Shown here: piece by piece, positions 19,027 to 28,684 of the stretch | Numbering within the stretch: position 1 is the stretch's first letter | Layout: the number at the start of each line of letters is the position of its first letter | Origin: an uncultured Ardenticatenaceae bacterium | GTDB taxonomy: Bacteria > Chloroflexota > Anaerolineae > Promineifilales > Promineifilaceae | Length of the DNA: 64,000 bases | NCBI GenBank assembly: GCA_964410625.1 | Contig: CAYPHY010000009.1 | Span: 48,992-112,991, forward strand | Reading direction: 5' to 3' | Program-made: the position numbers and the translations under genes | The notes under the pieces: model-generated | What the model was told of the DNA's origin: nothing | Seen by the model: the letters and a program-made list of their open reading frames with translations, nothing else | Database searches by the model: none

Positions 19027-20244
19027 ATGATGCAGGAAATAGTCCAACAGGAATTTAAGCAGGTATCAATGAACGGATTTTCACAATTTCCTGGTGAAGC
19101 GGCGTTTCAACGATTGTTGGATAAGCTGCCAGCCGGGGCCTATATGTGTGACGCCGATGGGTTGATTACCTATTTCAATCGGCGTGCTGTTGACGTGTGG
19201 GGGCGGGAGCCAATATTGAACAGCCCTGAAGATCGATTCTGTGGATCGTTTAAGCTATTTGCAACGGATGGCTCACCCATCCCCCATGACCAATGCTGGA
19301 TGGCGCTGGCATTGCGCAACAGCACTGAATACAACGGGTACGAAATCATCATTGAGCGGCCGGACGGCCGCCGCCTTACCGCGCTGGCTTATGCCAGTCC
19401 ACTTTACGATGCGACCGGAAAAATGATGGGAGCGGTGAATGTGCTGGCCGACATCAGCGAACGCAAGCAAGCGGAGGAAGAGCGGGAACGGCTTCTTCTT
19501 GAATTGAACAGAGAACGGACCCAGCTTAAAGAGCTCACTGAAACGCTTGAGGAGCGTGTTTTGAAGCGTACCGCTCAAGTTCATGATTTGGTGTTGGCAC
19601 TTAATCTGGCGGAAGAGCGTGAACGCGGCCGTATGGCGGAGATCCTCCACAACGATTTGCAGCAACTACTCTACAGCCAGTTGATGCGAATGGAAGTATT
19701 GCGTCAGAGCCTCCCCGCCGAGCAAAGCGACACGCTGTCTGAGCTGCTTGCTGGGATGGTTGAACAGCTTAACCAGGCTGTTCACATGACGCGCACGCTT
19801 ACTTCCGAACTGAATCCGCCTAAGATGGAAACTAACTATCTGGTCGAAGCGCTCGAATGGCTGGGCCAGCATATGGAGCAAGCTCATGGCCTGAAGGTCG
19901 TGTTCACCACACACGGTGATCCGCTGATCATCAGCAACGAAGCACGGACGCTCCTCTTGCAAATCGTGAGCGAGTTACTGTTCAACGTTGTCAAACACGC
20001 CCGTACTGATCAGGCCCGCCTCAAACTATCCCGGGACCAAAGTCTCTTCACGATTTCCATTGAGGATAAGGGCGCAGGCTTTGATCTGTCTGCGCTTTCG
20101 GCCAATCCGTTGGAACAAAGTGGCCTGGGCATTCGCAGTGTCTCTGATCGTTTGGCGCTTATTGGCGGCCGTCTTGAGATTGATACGGCTCTCGGAGCCG
20201 GAACAAGCGTAACTATCACGGTCCCCGCTCTCCAACCCTTTTAG
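19027..20244 (+). CDS. PAS-domain sensor histidine kinase, HisKA_3 (NarL-partner type) + HATPase_c
   Basis: PAS (YMCDADGLITYFNRRAVDVWG...), a coiled coil, an H-box (ERERGRMAEILHNDLQQ), and N/G boxes (LLFNVVKHA, DKGAGF, GLGIRSVSDRLALIGG). The ATG at 19027 follows AAGGAAAA. Confidence 0.85.
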   Translation: MMQEIVQQEFKQVSMNGFSQFPGEAAFQRLLDKLPAGAYMCDADGLITYFNRRAVDVWGREPILNSPEDRFCGSFKLFATDGSPIPHDQCWMALALRNSTEYNGYEIIIERPDGRRLTALAYASPLYDATGKMMGAVNVLADISERKQAEEERERLLLELNRERTQLKELTETLEERVLKRTAQVHDLVLALNLAEERERGRMAEILHNDLQQLLYSQLMRMEVLRQSLPAEQSDTLSELLAGMVEQLNQAVHMTRTLTSELNPPKMETNYLVEALEWLGQHMEQAHGLKVVFTTHGDPLIISNEARTLLLQIVSELLFNVVKHARTDQARLKLSRDQSLFTISIEDKGAGFDLSALSANPLEQSGLGIRSVSDRLALIGGRLEIDTALGAGTSVTITVPALQPF

Positions 20245-20355
20245 GCGGACTACAAGAACACTTCCAGAAACCCGATTGCTAGATACTAAAACACATCCTG
20301 TAACTTACTTGATTGTTTATATTTGCAACTTAGTGTCAGTGAAATCAATCGCCTC

Positions 20356-20724
20356 ATGGCTTATCGTATCTTTATCGTTGAAGATCACCCTCGAATGCGC
20401 GAGACTTATAGGCTCTTTATCAGGGCCACCTCTGAGTTGGAAATCTGCGGTATCGTTGCTACCGCGGCCGAGGCCCTGACTGAGATCCCACAGCAAGACC
20501 CCGATCTAGTCATCGTAGACATCTCGCTTCCCGATATGAACGGTGTTGAGCTTACGCGACAGCTTCACCAGCAGTATCCCGCGCTGCCGATCATCATCGT
20601 TTCTGGTCATGAGGCTGGTAGCTTTGCCAGTGCTGTTGCGGAGGCAGGAGCCAGGAGTTACATCAATAAGCAGGCTGCTTATTCGGACCTGATTCCCACT
20701 ATCTATGAAATTTTGGAGAATTAG
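20356..20724 (+). CDS. Stand-alone response-regulator receiver (REC) domain protein
   Basis: RIFIVEDHP...PDLVIVDISLPDMNG...IIIVSGH...KQA. There is no output domain. The stop is followed about 40 nt downstream by a CACGAAT repeat element. Confidence 0.85.
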   Translation: MAYRIFIVEDHPRMRETYRLFIRATSELEICGIVATAAEALTEIPQQDPDLVIVDISLPDMNGVELTRQLHQQYPALPIIIVSGHEAGSFASAVAEAGARSYINKQAAYSDLIPTIYEILEN

Positions 20725-20760
20725 AGATCGAGATTCTTTACTTTTACAGGAATTACGCAA

Positions 20761-20836
20761 TTTTGACACGAATGACACGAATAACACGAATTTTGTCTTC
20801 TATTTCGTGAAATTCGTGTCATTCGTGTCGAAAAAA
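20761..20836. repeat. CACGAAT-family inverted-repeat element
   Basis: TTTTGACACGAATGACACGAATAACACGAATTTT, a short loop, then ATTTCGTGAAATTCGTGTCATTCGTGTCGAAAA. The arms are nearly perfect and built from 9-nt words. Confidence 0.85.
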
Positions 20837-20926
20837 GAGTACGAACTGCATAAACTGTATAAGTCCTGTTTTACTAGAGAGAACCGATTTCTCACTGGAA
20901 ACCCGGTTTCTAAAGCTTCTGCAGTT

Positions 20927-22069
20927 TCACCCCAGAACGCCAGGGGCTTCAGCTAATCCATAAAGAGCACGGGCGTTCGTACCGAGGATCGCTTCGGCCG
21001 CCTTCCATGCCTCTCCCTCCGCCAAAAAGCCATCGCTGATAAACGAATCCAGCACGCGCCCCAGCCCCCAGCGACCCCACCGCGCCGCCAGCCAAAAAAT
21101 CTCCGGCATGGTGAAGGCGTCGGTGGCGAAGAGGAGTTTGCTGAATGGGGCCATGCCCAATATATCACCGAGCATGGTAGGGATTCCCGTGGTGGCAAAG
21201 GGGATAGCCAGCGATAGATCGAGCCAGACATGGGGATAGATGGAAGCCAGATGCGCGGTTTCGCGATAGAAGGGCCACCCGGCGTGGAGCAGTACCAATG
21301 GCGTGTTGGTGTGCTCAATCAGGTGGCGCAGATGGAGGGGGTTGGCCGTTCGCAAGTCGGCGTCACGGTCGCCGAAGCCGGTGTGGAATTGAACCGGTAA
21401 TTGCTGCACGGCCGCTTGTTCCACTGCCAGCCAGAGCAGATAATCGAGAAGTGGTTTGCTATCCAGCCGCACACGGCCGTCCCGTCGCGCCGCTTCCTTC
21501 AGAGGAATATAGGCCGCGTCTGCCTCTGACCGCGAAAATTGCTCAATATCCAGTCCCGTCCGGTAGGCGGCAATGCTCTTTAGCGCGACATAGCCATCCG
21601 CCCGCGCACGGCCGACGGCAGCCACGTAGGAATCAATCAGCGCGGTAAATGATTCCTGTTCAACGATCAGCGATTGGGCCAATGTTTCCAGGCGCAGGAT
21701 CGGCCGTACCGGGCAGGGCAACAACGCACTCATCTCGGCCTGGCCATAGGCTGTCTCCCCCTGATAGCCGTAATCACACAGCACCATACTGATGTTTGCG
21801 TCAATAAACAAGCGTTGCCCCCACGCCTTGTAGTCCTGTTCAGCCCGCGCGGTCAATATGGCCTCTACTGTTGGCGCACAATCGAGCAGTTCCGCCAACC
21901 AGCGGAGCGCGGAGCGAAAAAAGAGGGTATGGGGAACATGCCGGGCGTGAATTTGCGGGTCGGTTGATTCGGTAAACCATTGCCGGAAAGCGGCAGCCTC
22001 GGCCGTCGCCTCCGGTGGCAACAGCGGATGGGCATGGTGATCAACAATCGCAACCGACGACAAATCCAT
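20927..22069 (-). CDS. Amidohydrolase-superfamily (amidohydrolase_2-like) metal-dependent hydrolase
   Basis: 380 aa. N-terminal metal ligands VDHHAHP, with later HTGFGD and LLHAGWP motifs. It lies immediately downstream of the GS-like gene on the same strand. Confidence 0.75.
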   Translation of the reverse strand: MDLSSVAIVDHHAHPLLPPEATAEAAAFRQWFTESTDPQIHARHVPHTLFFRSALRWLAELLDCAPTVEAILTARAEQDYKAWGQRLFIDANISMVLCDYGYQGETAYGQAEMSALLPCPVRPILRLETLAQSLIVEQESFTALIDSYVAAVGRARADGYVALKSIAAYRTGLDIEQFSRSEADAAYIPLKEAARRDGRVRLDSKPLLDYLLWLAVEQAAVQQLPVQFHTGFGDRDADLRTANPLHLRHLIEHTNTPLVLLHAGWPFYRETAHLASIYPHVWLDLSLAIPFATTGIPTMLGDILGMAPFSKLLFATDAFTMPEIFWLAARWGRWGLGRVLDSFISDGFLAEGEAWKAAEAILGTNARALYGLAEAPGVLG

Positions 22070-22078
22070 ACGTCTTTT

Positions 22079-22144
22079 GCAACGAATTAACGCGAATTTT
22101 CGCGGATTATACCTGGTTCGCGGAAATTCGCGTTAATTCGTTGC
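22079..22144. repeat. CGCGAAT/ACGAAT-family perfect inverted repeat
   Basis: GCAACGAATTAACGCGAATTTTCGCGGA, loop ttatacctgg, then TTCGCGGAAATTCGCGTTAATTCGTTGC. It lies between the GS-like and amidohydrolase genes. Confidence 0.85.
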
Positions 22145-22151
22145 TAAAAAA

Positions 22152-23504
<1,353 letters not shown>

Positions 23505-23626
23505 GGTCTATCCCTCTTGATGTGCTAACTATGGCATAGGTATATACCGCTCAGGGTTAAACGGAATAGCAATATCCATGCCGGCTGGCGCGTCATTCAT
23601 GACTTTTTCGATTGTATCATACACTT

Positions 23627-23660
23627 TAAAAACGGGGTTTCTTGGAGAAACCCCGTTTTT
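23627..23660 (-). terminator. Bidirectional rho-independent terminator after the GNAT gene
   Basis: AAAAA-CGGGGTTTCT-tgg-AGAAACCCCG-TTTTT. A 10-bp stem flanked by A and T tracts. Confidence 0.7.
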
Positions 23661-24204
23661 AACTTTGCCTGGCCTGCCACTCATAATCGAGAATGGCATA
23701 TTGCAGTATGTCCCACCAGCGCCCCTTGTAATACTCTTTCTCGCGCAAGCGTCCCTCCAGTTGCATCCCCACCTTTTCCAGCACCCTGGCCGAGCCGCTG
23801 TTGTCGGCGTTGCATTCAGCCCAGATGCGGTGCAGGCGTAGCTCTTTGAAGCCAAAGGCGATGATGGCCCGCGCGGCCTCGGTGGCATACCCCTTACCCC
23901 AATGTTGTGGCGCAAGCTCGTAGCCAATGTCGGCTTCGGTGGCTTCAACAGCCTCCATCCGAATCCCACAATTGCCGATCAGTTGGTGGTTGTGCCGAAG
24001 GGTAATGGCGAGTTGGAATTTAGTGCGCGGCCGTGCTTGCTGATAGTTCAAAAACATTTGCACAAACGCCTGTACCTCCTTCGCGCTGCGCTCCGTCCAC
24101 TCATAGTAACGCAAATAGCGCGGATCGCGCTGGTAGGCCAGGACATCCGCCCAATCATCCTCCTTAAACTCGCGGAGGATCAGTCGCTCAGTGGTTAGCT
24201 GCAT
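23659..24204 (-). CDS. GNAT-family N-acetyltransferase (RimJ/RimL-like)
   Basis: MQLTTERLILREFKEDDWADVLAYQRDPRYLRYYEW...IGYELAPQHWGKGYATEAARAIIAFGF... Confidence 0.85.
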   Translation of the reverse strand: MQLTTERLILREFKEDDWADVLAYQRDPRYLRYYEWTERSAKEVQAFVQMFLNYQQARPRTKFQLAITLRHNHQLIGNCGIRMEAVEATEADIGYELAPQHWGKGYATEAARAIIAFGFKELRLHRIWAECNADNSGSARVLEKVGMQLEGRLREKEYYKGRWWDILQYAILDYEWQARQS

Positions 24205-24210
24205 TAAACC

Positions 24211-25017
24211 TCACCTGTGGCCGTCAAGAAAGTTTAGCACATAGCCGTTGAATAGATCTGGTTGTTCCATGTTAGGTAGATGCGCTGTCCCGAACATGAC
24301 CACCTGCTGCGCTCCGGTGATATGGGATGCGAGATAGTCGGCCGTTGCCTGTATCCGTGGCGTATCAAAATCACCGACAATGACCAACGTCGGCACTTGA
24401 ATCTCATCCAGGCGATGGACGGCCGCCGGTTCCAACGGTTGCTCCTCGCCTAACCCTAAACTTTCTGTGGAGAGGGCGATCCGGTTCATATCGCGCACCA
24501 ACTCGCGCACTTGTGGGTCCACTTCGCCCGGCGAACGTTTTGGACCGTCTACCCAGATTTGCAATTCCAGTTCATTGATGCGGTCGAGATCACCCGCTTC
24601 GTCGGCCGCTTCCAACTCTTCCGCCTGGATAGGGGCCGGGCTATCAAAACTAAACCCGCTGAGTGCTGAAGCCACGAGTATAAGAGACTCGACCATCTCT
24701 GGGTGTTCGAGGGTGAAGTCTACGGCCGTTTTGCCCCCCTGTGAGCAACCCACCAGCGTGGCGCGTGGGATGTTCAAGAATTGCAGCAAGCTATACAAAT
24801 CATCATGGTGGGAATAGGCCCCTTCGACCATCGCCGTCTTGCCAAAGCCGCGCCGGTCGTAGCGGATGACCCGGTAATACCGCGCCAGCGCATAAAATTG
24901 CTCATCCCACATGCGGCCGTCGGCAATCCCGGCATGAATTAATACCACAGGCTGCCCTTCCCCGGTGATCTCATAATAAAATCTTGTGCCATTCAACTCG
25001 GCAAACGCTGCTTCCAT
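24211..25017 (-). CDS. Alpha/beta-fold hydrolase
   Basis: VVLIHAGIADGRMW, nucleophile elbow LVGCSQGG, C-terminal GTAHLPNMEQP. Confidence 0.8.
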   Translation of the reverse strand: MEAAFAELNGTRFYYEITGEGQPVVLIHAGIADGRMWDEQFYALARYYRVIRYDRRGFGKTAMVEGAYSHHDDLYSLLQFLNIPRATLVGCSQGGKTAVDFTLEHPEMVESLILVASALSGFSFDSPAPIQAEELEAADEAGDLDRINELELQIWVDGPKRSPGEVDPQVRELVRDMNRIALSTESLGLGEEQPLEPAAVHRLDEIQVPTLVIVGDFDTPRIQATADYLASHITGAQQVVMFGTAHLPNMEQPDLFNGYVLNFLDGHR

Positions 25018-25103
25018 AAGGTTCCTTTTCTTAACATGGATCGTTCATCGAAGGTTTAAATGCCAATTCTATATGAACAGGAAGCCAACAACCAGGAAAT
25101 AAT

Positions 25104-25171
25104 GTAGCGCGGGTTGCCAACCCGCAAGCTCGCAAGCTCCGGTTTAGGTTAGCAACCCCAAACCGGGCTAC
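25104..25171. other. Compact multi-stem structured element in a divergent intergenic region (strand and function unknown)
   Basis: Outer stem GTAGC (25104-25108) / GCTAC (25167-25171). It encloses the hairpins GCGGGTT-gcc-AACCCGC, AGCT-cgca-AGCT and CCGGTTTaGGTT-agc-AACCccAAACCGG. Confidence 0.35.
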
Positions 25172-25262
25172 GCTCGTTTGTATCCTCTTCGCCTTTGCCA
25201 TATAATTCATTTGTGAAACGACATTCCACATTATGAACCGCAAGTCGAAAAGATAGTTACTA

Positions 25263-25318
25263 GCAACGAATTACACGAAATTTCGCAGACCTCAGGTCAA
25301 AATTCGCGTTCATTCGCG
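25263..25318. repeat. ACGAAT/CGCGAAT-family imperfect inverted repeat
   Basis: gcaacgaattacacgaaatttcgcaga ... aaaattcgcgttcattcgcg. Confidence 0.6.
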
Positions 25319-25403
25319 TAAGCTTGTGCTGAGCGTAGCGTAGTATTCGATGCAAGAGCCTAAAGACAGAACTAACAGATTTTAGAGATAAGGAGATGTT
25401 CCC

Positions 25404-26822
25404 ATGGGTAGAAATGGCGCAACCCCACTGACCGATAAAGTATATACCCGCGCACCCTATTGGCAGGATGTGCCGGATGAGAAATGGATGGATTGGCGCT
25501 GGCAGATGAGCAACCGGCTCAATTCGGTGGAGGAACTCGGCCGCGTGATCAACCTCACCGAATCGGAGAAGAAGGCGCTCAGCGCACAAGGCTTGTTCCG
25601 CGTGGACATCACGCCTTACTTCGCCAGCCTGATTGACCCTGATGATCCCCACTGCCCTGTTCGCAAGCAGGTCATCCCCACCGACCGCGAGATGGTCCCG
25701 TTCCAGTCGATGATGGAGGATTCGCTGGCGGAGGACAAGCATTCGCCGGTCCCGGGGTTGGTGCATCGCTATCCCGACCGGGTGTTGATGCTGGTGACGA
25801 CGCAGTGTGCCAGCTATTGCCGCTATTGCACGCGCAGCCGTATTGTTGGCGACCCGACGCAGACCTTTAGCCGCGCGGAGTTTGACGCGCAGATTGATTA
25901 TATCGAGCGCACGCCCCAAATCCGTGACGTGTTGTTGTCAGGCGGTGATCCGATGGTGCTGGCTCCGAAGTTGTTGGATATGATCCTCGGCCGTCTGCGG
26001 GCTATCCCCCACATCGAAATCATCCGCATTGGTTCGCGCGTGCCGGTCTTTTTGCCGATGCGCGTGACGGATGAGTTTTGCGAGATGATTTCCAAGTACC
26101 ATCCCTTCTGGCTGAATATCCATGTCAACCACCACAAGGAGATCACGCCGGAGCTGGCGGCCGCTTGTGACCGGCTGACTCGCGCAGGCGTGCCGTTGGG
26201 CAACCAGAGCGTGTTGCTGGCGGGGGTCAATGACTCGGTGGCTTTGCAGCGCAAGCTGGTGCATGAGCTGGTGAAGATTCGCGTGCGGCCGTACTATCTC
26301 TATCAATGCGATCTGGTCGAAGGGTCCGGCCATCTGCGGACGACGGTCAGCAAGGGGATTGAGATCATCGAAGGGTTGCGCGGCCATACCTCTGGTTATG
26401 CCGTGCCGCAATATGTGGTGGATGCGCCGGGTGGCGGTGGCAAGATTCCGGTGATGCCGAACTATGTCATCTCGCAAGCGCCGGGCAAGGTTGTTTTGCG
26501 CAACTTCGAGGGCTTCATCACCACCTATAGCGAGCCGTTGGACTATGATCCGTATGAGATCAAGGAGCAAGAGGCATTGGTCGCTCCGCGGCCGGAGCCG
26601 GGGCAGGAGGGGATCCACGGCTTGTTGCAAGGGGAACGGATGTTTATTGAGCCGGAAGGCTTTTCCGACACCCATTCACGCGGTGGCGCGGAACATCGCC
26701 TGCGCAGCGGCGAACTGGCGCAGAAGTGGCAGCCGCTGGGCGTTGGCTCAATTGAAGTGAAGCAGCGGCCAGCGGAGTTGGTGGCGGGGGAAGAGAATGG
26801 GCAGGAGGAGACTGGAGATTAA
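25404..26822 (+). CDS. kamA: Lysine 2,3-aminomutase (KamA-family radical SAM / PLP enzyme)
   Basis: Radical-SAM CASYCRYCTRS, LLSGGDPM and the KamA-type N-terminus (WQDVPDEKWMDWRWQMSNR). The last codons run into the GAGATTGG octamer array. Confidence 0.9.
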   Translation: MGRNGATPLTDKVYTRAPYWQDVPDEKWMDWRWQMSNRLNSVEELGRVINLTESEKKALSAQGLFRVDITPYFASLIDPDDPHCPVRKQVIPTDREMVPFQSMMEDSLAEDKHSPVPGLVHRYPDRVLMLVTTQCASYCRYCTRSRIVGDPTQTFSRAEFDAQIDYIERTPQIRDVLLSGGDPMVLAPKLLDMILGRLRAIPHIEIIRIGSRVPVFLPMRVTDEFCEMISKYHPFWLNIHVNHHKEITPELAAACDRLTRAGVPLGNQSVLLAGVNDSVALQRKLVHELVKIRVRPYYLYQCDLVEGSGHLRTTVSKGIEIIEGLRGHTSGYAVPQYVVDAPGGGGKIPVMPNYVISQAPGKVVLRNFEGFITTYSEPLDYDPYEIKEQEALVAPRPEPGQEGIHGLLQGERMFIEPEGFSDTHSRGGAEHRLRSGELAQKWQPLGVGSIEVKQRPAELVAGEENGQEETGD

Positions 26823-26853
26823 GAGATTGGGAGATTGGGAGATTGAAAGATTG
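26808..26853 (+). repeat. Octamer tandem array (GAGATTGG family)
   Basis: gagactgg agattaag agattggg agattggg agattgaa agattg. It overlaps the kamA stop codon at 26820-26822. Confidence 0.8.
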
Positions 26854-27031
26854 TTTTTGACACGAATTGCACGAATGGACACGAAGTTGATGTGGGTTTG
26901 GGGTTTTACCACGGATTGATACGGATTAGACGGATGAACACGGATTTTATTGTATGGAATCCGTGAAAATCCGTTTCATCCGTAAAAATCCGTGGTCTAT
27001 TCGTGAAATTCGTGTCATTCGTGTCGAAAAA
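26854..27031. repeat. CACGAAT-family inverted repeat carrying a second element nested in its loop
   Basis: Outer arms: TTTTTGACACGAATTGCACGAATGGACACGAA and TTCGTGAAATTCGTGTCATTCGTGTCGAAAAA. Confidence 0.8.
26909..26995. repeat. CACGGAT-family inverted repeat nested inside the 26854-27031 element
   Basis: CCACGGATTGATACGGATTAGACGGATGAACACGGATTTT, loop attgtatgg, then AATCCGTGAAAATCCGTTTCATCCGTAAAAATCCGTGG. Confidence 0.8.
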
Positions 27032-27045
27032 TTTTTCTTGGAACC

Positions 27046-27831
27046 ATGTCGAGTAACGGGAATTTGCCTTATCCGGGGACGCAGGCGGTGCGGCGGGCGA
27101 TGGCGCTGTTGAAGGCGTTTGATGATGCTCGGCCGTCGTGGGGCCTATCTGATCTGGCACGTGAGGCGGGGCTGAACAAGACGACTGCCTTCCGCTTGCT
27201 CTCTGCGCTGGAGAGCGAGGGGATGGTGGCCCGCGGCCAGGATGGGGAGAGCTATGTCTTGGGGCCGGAGTTGATCGTGATGGGCGGCCGTGCCTTGCGG
27301 GCGAATAATCTGCGGGCGGTGGCGCGGCCGTATCTGGAAGCGCTGGCGGAGCAGACGGGGGAGACGGCTTCGCTGGAAGTACGTGCCGGGCGGGAGGTGC
27401 TGGTGGCGGATGAGGTGATGGGGGAGTACTTGATGAGTGGCGTGCAGACGATTGGCAGCCGCTGGCCGCTTCATGCCACTTCGACCGGACTGGCGATCCT
27501 GGCCTTTATGCCGCAGGAGGAGCGGGAGGGGTTGGTGGAGCAGCCGCTGGCGGCCGTGACCCCGCACACGATCACCGATCCGCTACAGCTATGCCAGGAG
27601 CTAGAGGCGATCTGTCGCCGGGGGTATGCGGTGGCGGATGAGGGGTTGGAGATTGGGCTGGTGGCCATTGGCGCACCGCTGCATAACCATGATGGCGCGG
27701 TCACGGCGGCGATCAGCATCGCCGGGCCGAAGTTGCGGTTGAATCCTACCCGCGTCGCCGAGATTGGGGGGATGGTGCGGGCGGCGGCAGAGGAGATTTC
27801 AGGACGGTTGGGGTACCGGCCGAGGGGATAG
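27046..27831 (+). CDS. IclR-family transcriptional regulator
   Basis: N-terminal wHTH (RAMALLKAFDDARPSWGLSDLAREAGLNKTTAFRLLSALESEGMV) and a C-terminal IclR effector domain (YAVADEGLEIGLVAIGAPL...AAISIAGP). Confidence 0.9.
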   Translation: MSSNGNLPYPGTQAVRRAMALLKAFDDARPSWGLSDLAREAGLNKTTAFRLLSALESEGMVARGQDGESYVLGPELIVMGGRALRANNLRAVARPYLEALAEQTGETASLEVRAGREVLVADEVMGEYLMSGVQTIGSRWPLHATSTGLAILAFMPQEEREGLVEQPLAAVTPHTITDPLQLCQELEAICRRGYAVADEGLEIGLVAIGAPLHNHDGAVTAAISIAGPKLRLNPTRVAEIGGMVRAAAEEISGRLGYRPRG

Positions 27832-27842
27832 CCGCTTGGTGC

Positions 27843-28094
27843 TCAGTGGTGCACCGGCTCCAGACTGACCGGCGTGATGGTCGCGGTACAGCGCTTGAAG
27901 CCAGGGAGCAAGAATTGTTGAATCGCCTGCCACTCATCAGCTTCGACGATGTAGAATATTTTGTGTTCGGCATTGGCCCCGTAGCGGCCGAGTAATTTGA
28001 TACCGGGTACTGTCGGATCGAACAACGAATTTGATCCACCCTCCCCAAGGGGGCATGTTTCCGGGGTGTGGACTTGCGTGATGTGGAATAACAT
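27843..28094 (-). CDS. Small hypothetical protein
   Basis: I prefer the start at MLFHITQVHTPETCP (ATG at 28094). The longer track ORF begins inside the ACGCAGAT word array. Confidence 0.45.
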   Translation of the reverse strand: MLFHITQVHTPETCPLGEGGSNSLFDPTVPGIKLLGRYGANAEHKIFYIVEADEWQAIQQFLLPGFKRCTATITPVSLEPVHH

Positions 28095-28111
28095 GTTTTG
28101 TCTCCTCAGAG

Positions 28112-28153
28112 TTACGCAGATGACGCAGATCAAACGCTGATTACGCGGATTTC
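28112..28153. repeat. ACGCAGAT/ACGCGGAT word array (one-armed)
   Basis: tacgcagat gacgcagat caaacgctgat tacgcggat. Inverse-orientation copies lie at 43964-44001 and 53346-53376. Confidence 0.65.
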
Positions 28154-28320
28154 ATTTGTAGTGACGGCCGCTGTCCATTGTGACTCCCTTGCTAGTGGAA
28201 CTGACAAAAGCGGCGCATTCACCGTGTGCGCTAGTATAGCGTGTGTTCCCGGCATATCAATGGTATGGATGTGAAGATTGTGGGAAGGGGTGAGGAAGAT
28301 TTGGGGTTGGAGTATCGTTC

Positions 28321-28533
28321 TTATTCTGCTGTTGGCCGGTCTTTCTTTATTTCGGCAATAATTTCGTCGAGGGTGAGACGGCCGAAGCGTTGCTCCCGTT
28401 CTTCGGTGTAGTTGCCGTAACCTGTGGTGTATTGGTTGAGGAAGCGTAGTGTATTGACAATGCCCATTTCACGCAGCAAAAGCCTTATGGCCTCTTGAGT
28501 TATTTCGGTCAATGGTCTTGGTTCGGCTATCAT
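28321..28533 (-). CDS. Small hypothetical protein (antitoxin-like, 70 aa)
   Basis: MIAEPRPLTEITQEAIRLLLREMGIVNTLRFLNQYTTGYGNYTEEREQRFGRLTLDEIIAEIKK. Its ATG overlaps (ATGA) the end of a start-less reading frame at 28531-28684. Confidence 0.5.
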   Translation of the reverse strand: MIAEPRPLTEITQEAIRLLLREMGIVNTLRFLNQYTTGYGNYTEEREQRFGRLTLDEIIAEIKKDRPTAE

Positions 28534-28684
28534 GGTTCTAGTTCGTCAATCCGTTCAACAGGTGTGACAACATGAATCTTTAAACTGGTGACAACTTTGC
28601 CCGATATAGCAGCATGAATGTCTAGTAATGTCCTGTTTTGTCTAGTGTTTGAAAATAGGAGCTGGAATAAGAGACCGGTTAGTG

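Noticed and set aside
25031-25243. A 70-aa minus-strand ORF covering the structured element at 25104-25171.
   Set aside because: Its sequence is dictated by the palindromic stems and has no coding signature. It is better explained as non-coding structured DNA/RNA.
23659-26822. kamA plus the nearby GNAT as an ablAB-type N-epsilon-acetyl-beta-lysine osmolyte operon.
   Set aside because: The GNAT gene is on the opposite strand, separated from kamA by an alpha/beta hydrolase gene and a 390-nt spacer. It looks RimJ-like rather than AblB-like. The arrangement does not support an ablAB operon.
28531-28684. A reading frame ending in ATGA overlap with the 28321-28533 gene (...LLDIHAAISGKVVTSLKIHVVTPVERIDELEP*) that could be its toxin/antitoxin partner.
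   Set aside because: There is no ATG/GTG/TTG start anywhere in the frame after the preceding stop. It is at best a decayed remnant.
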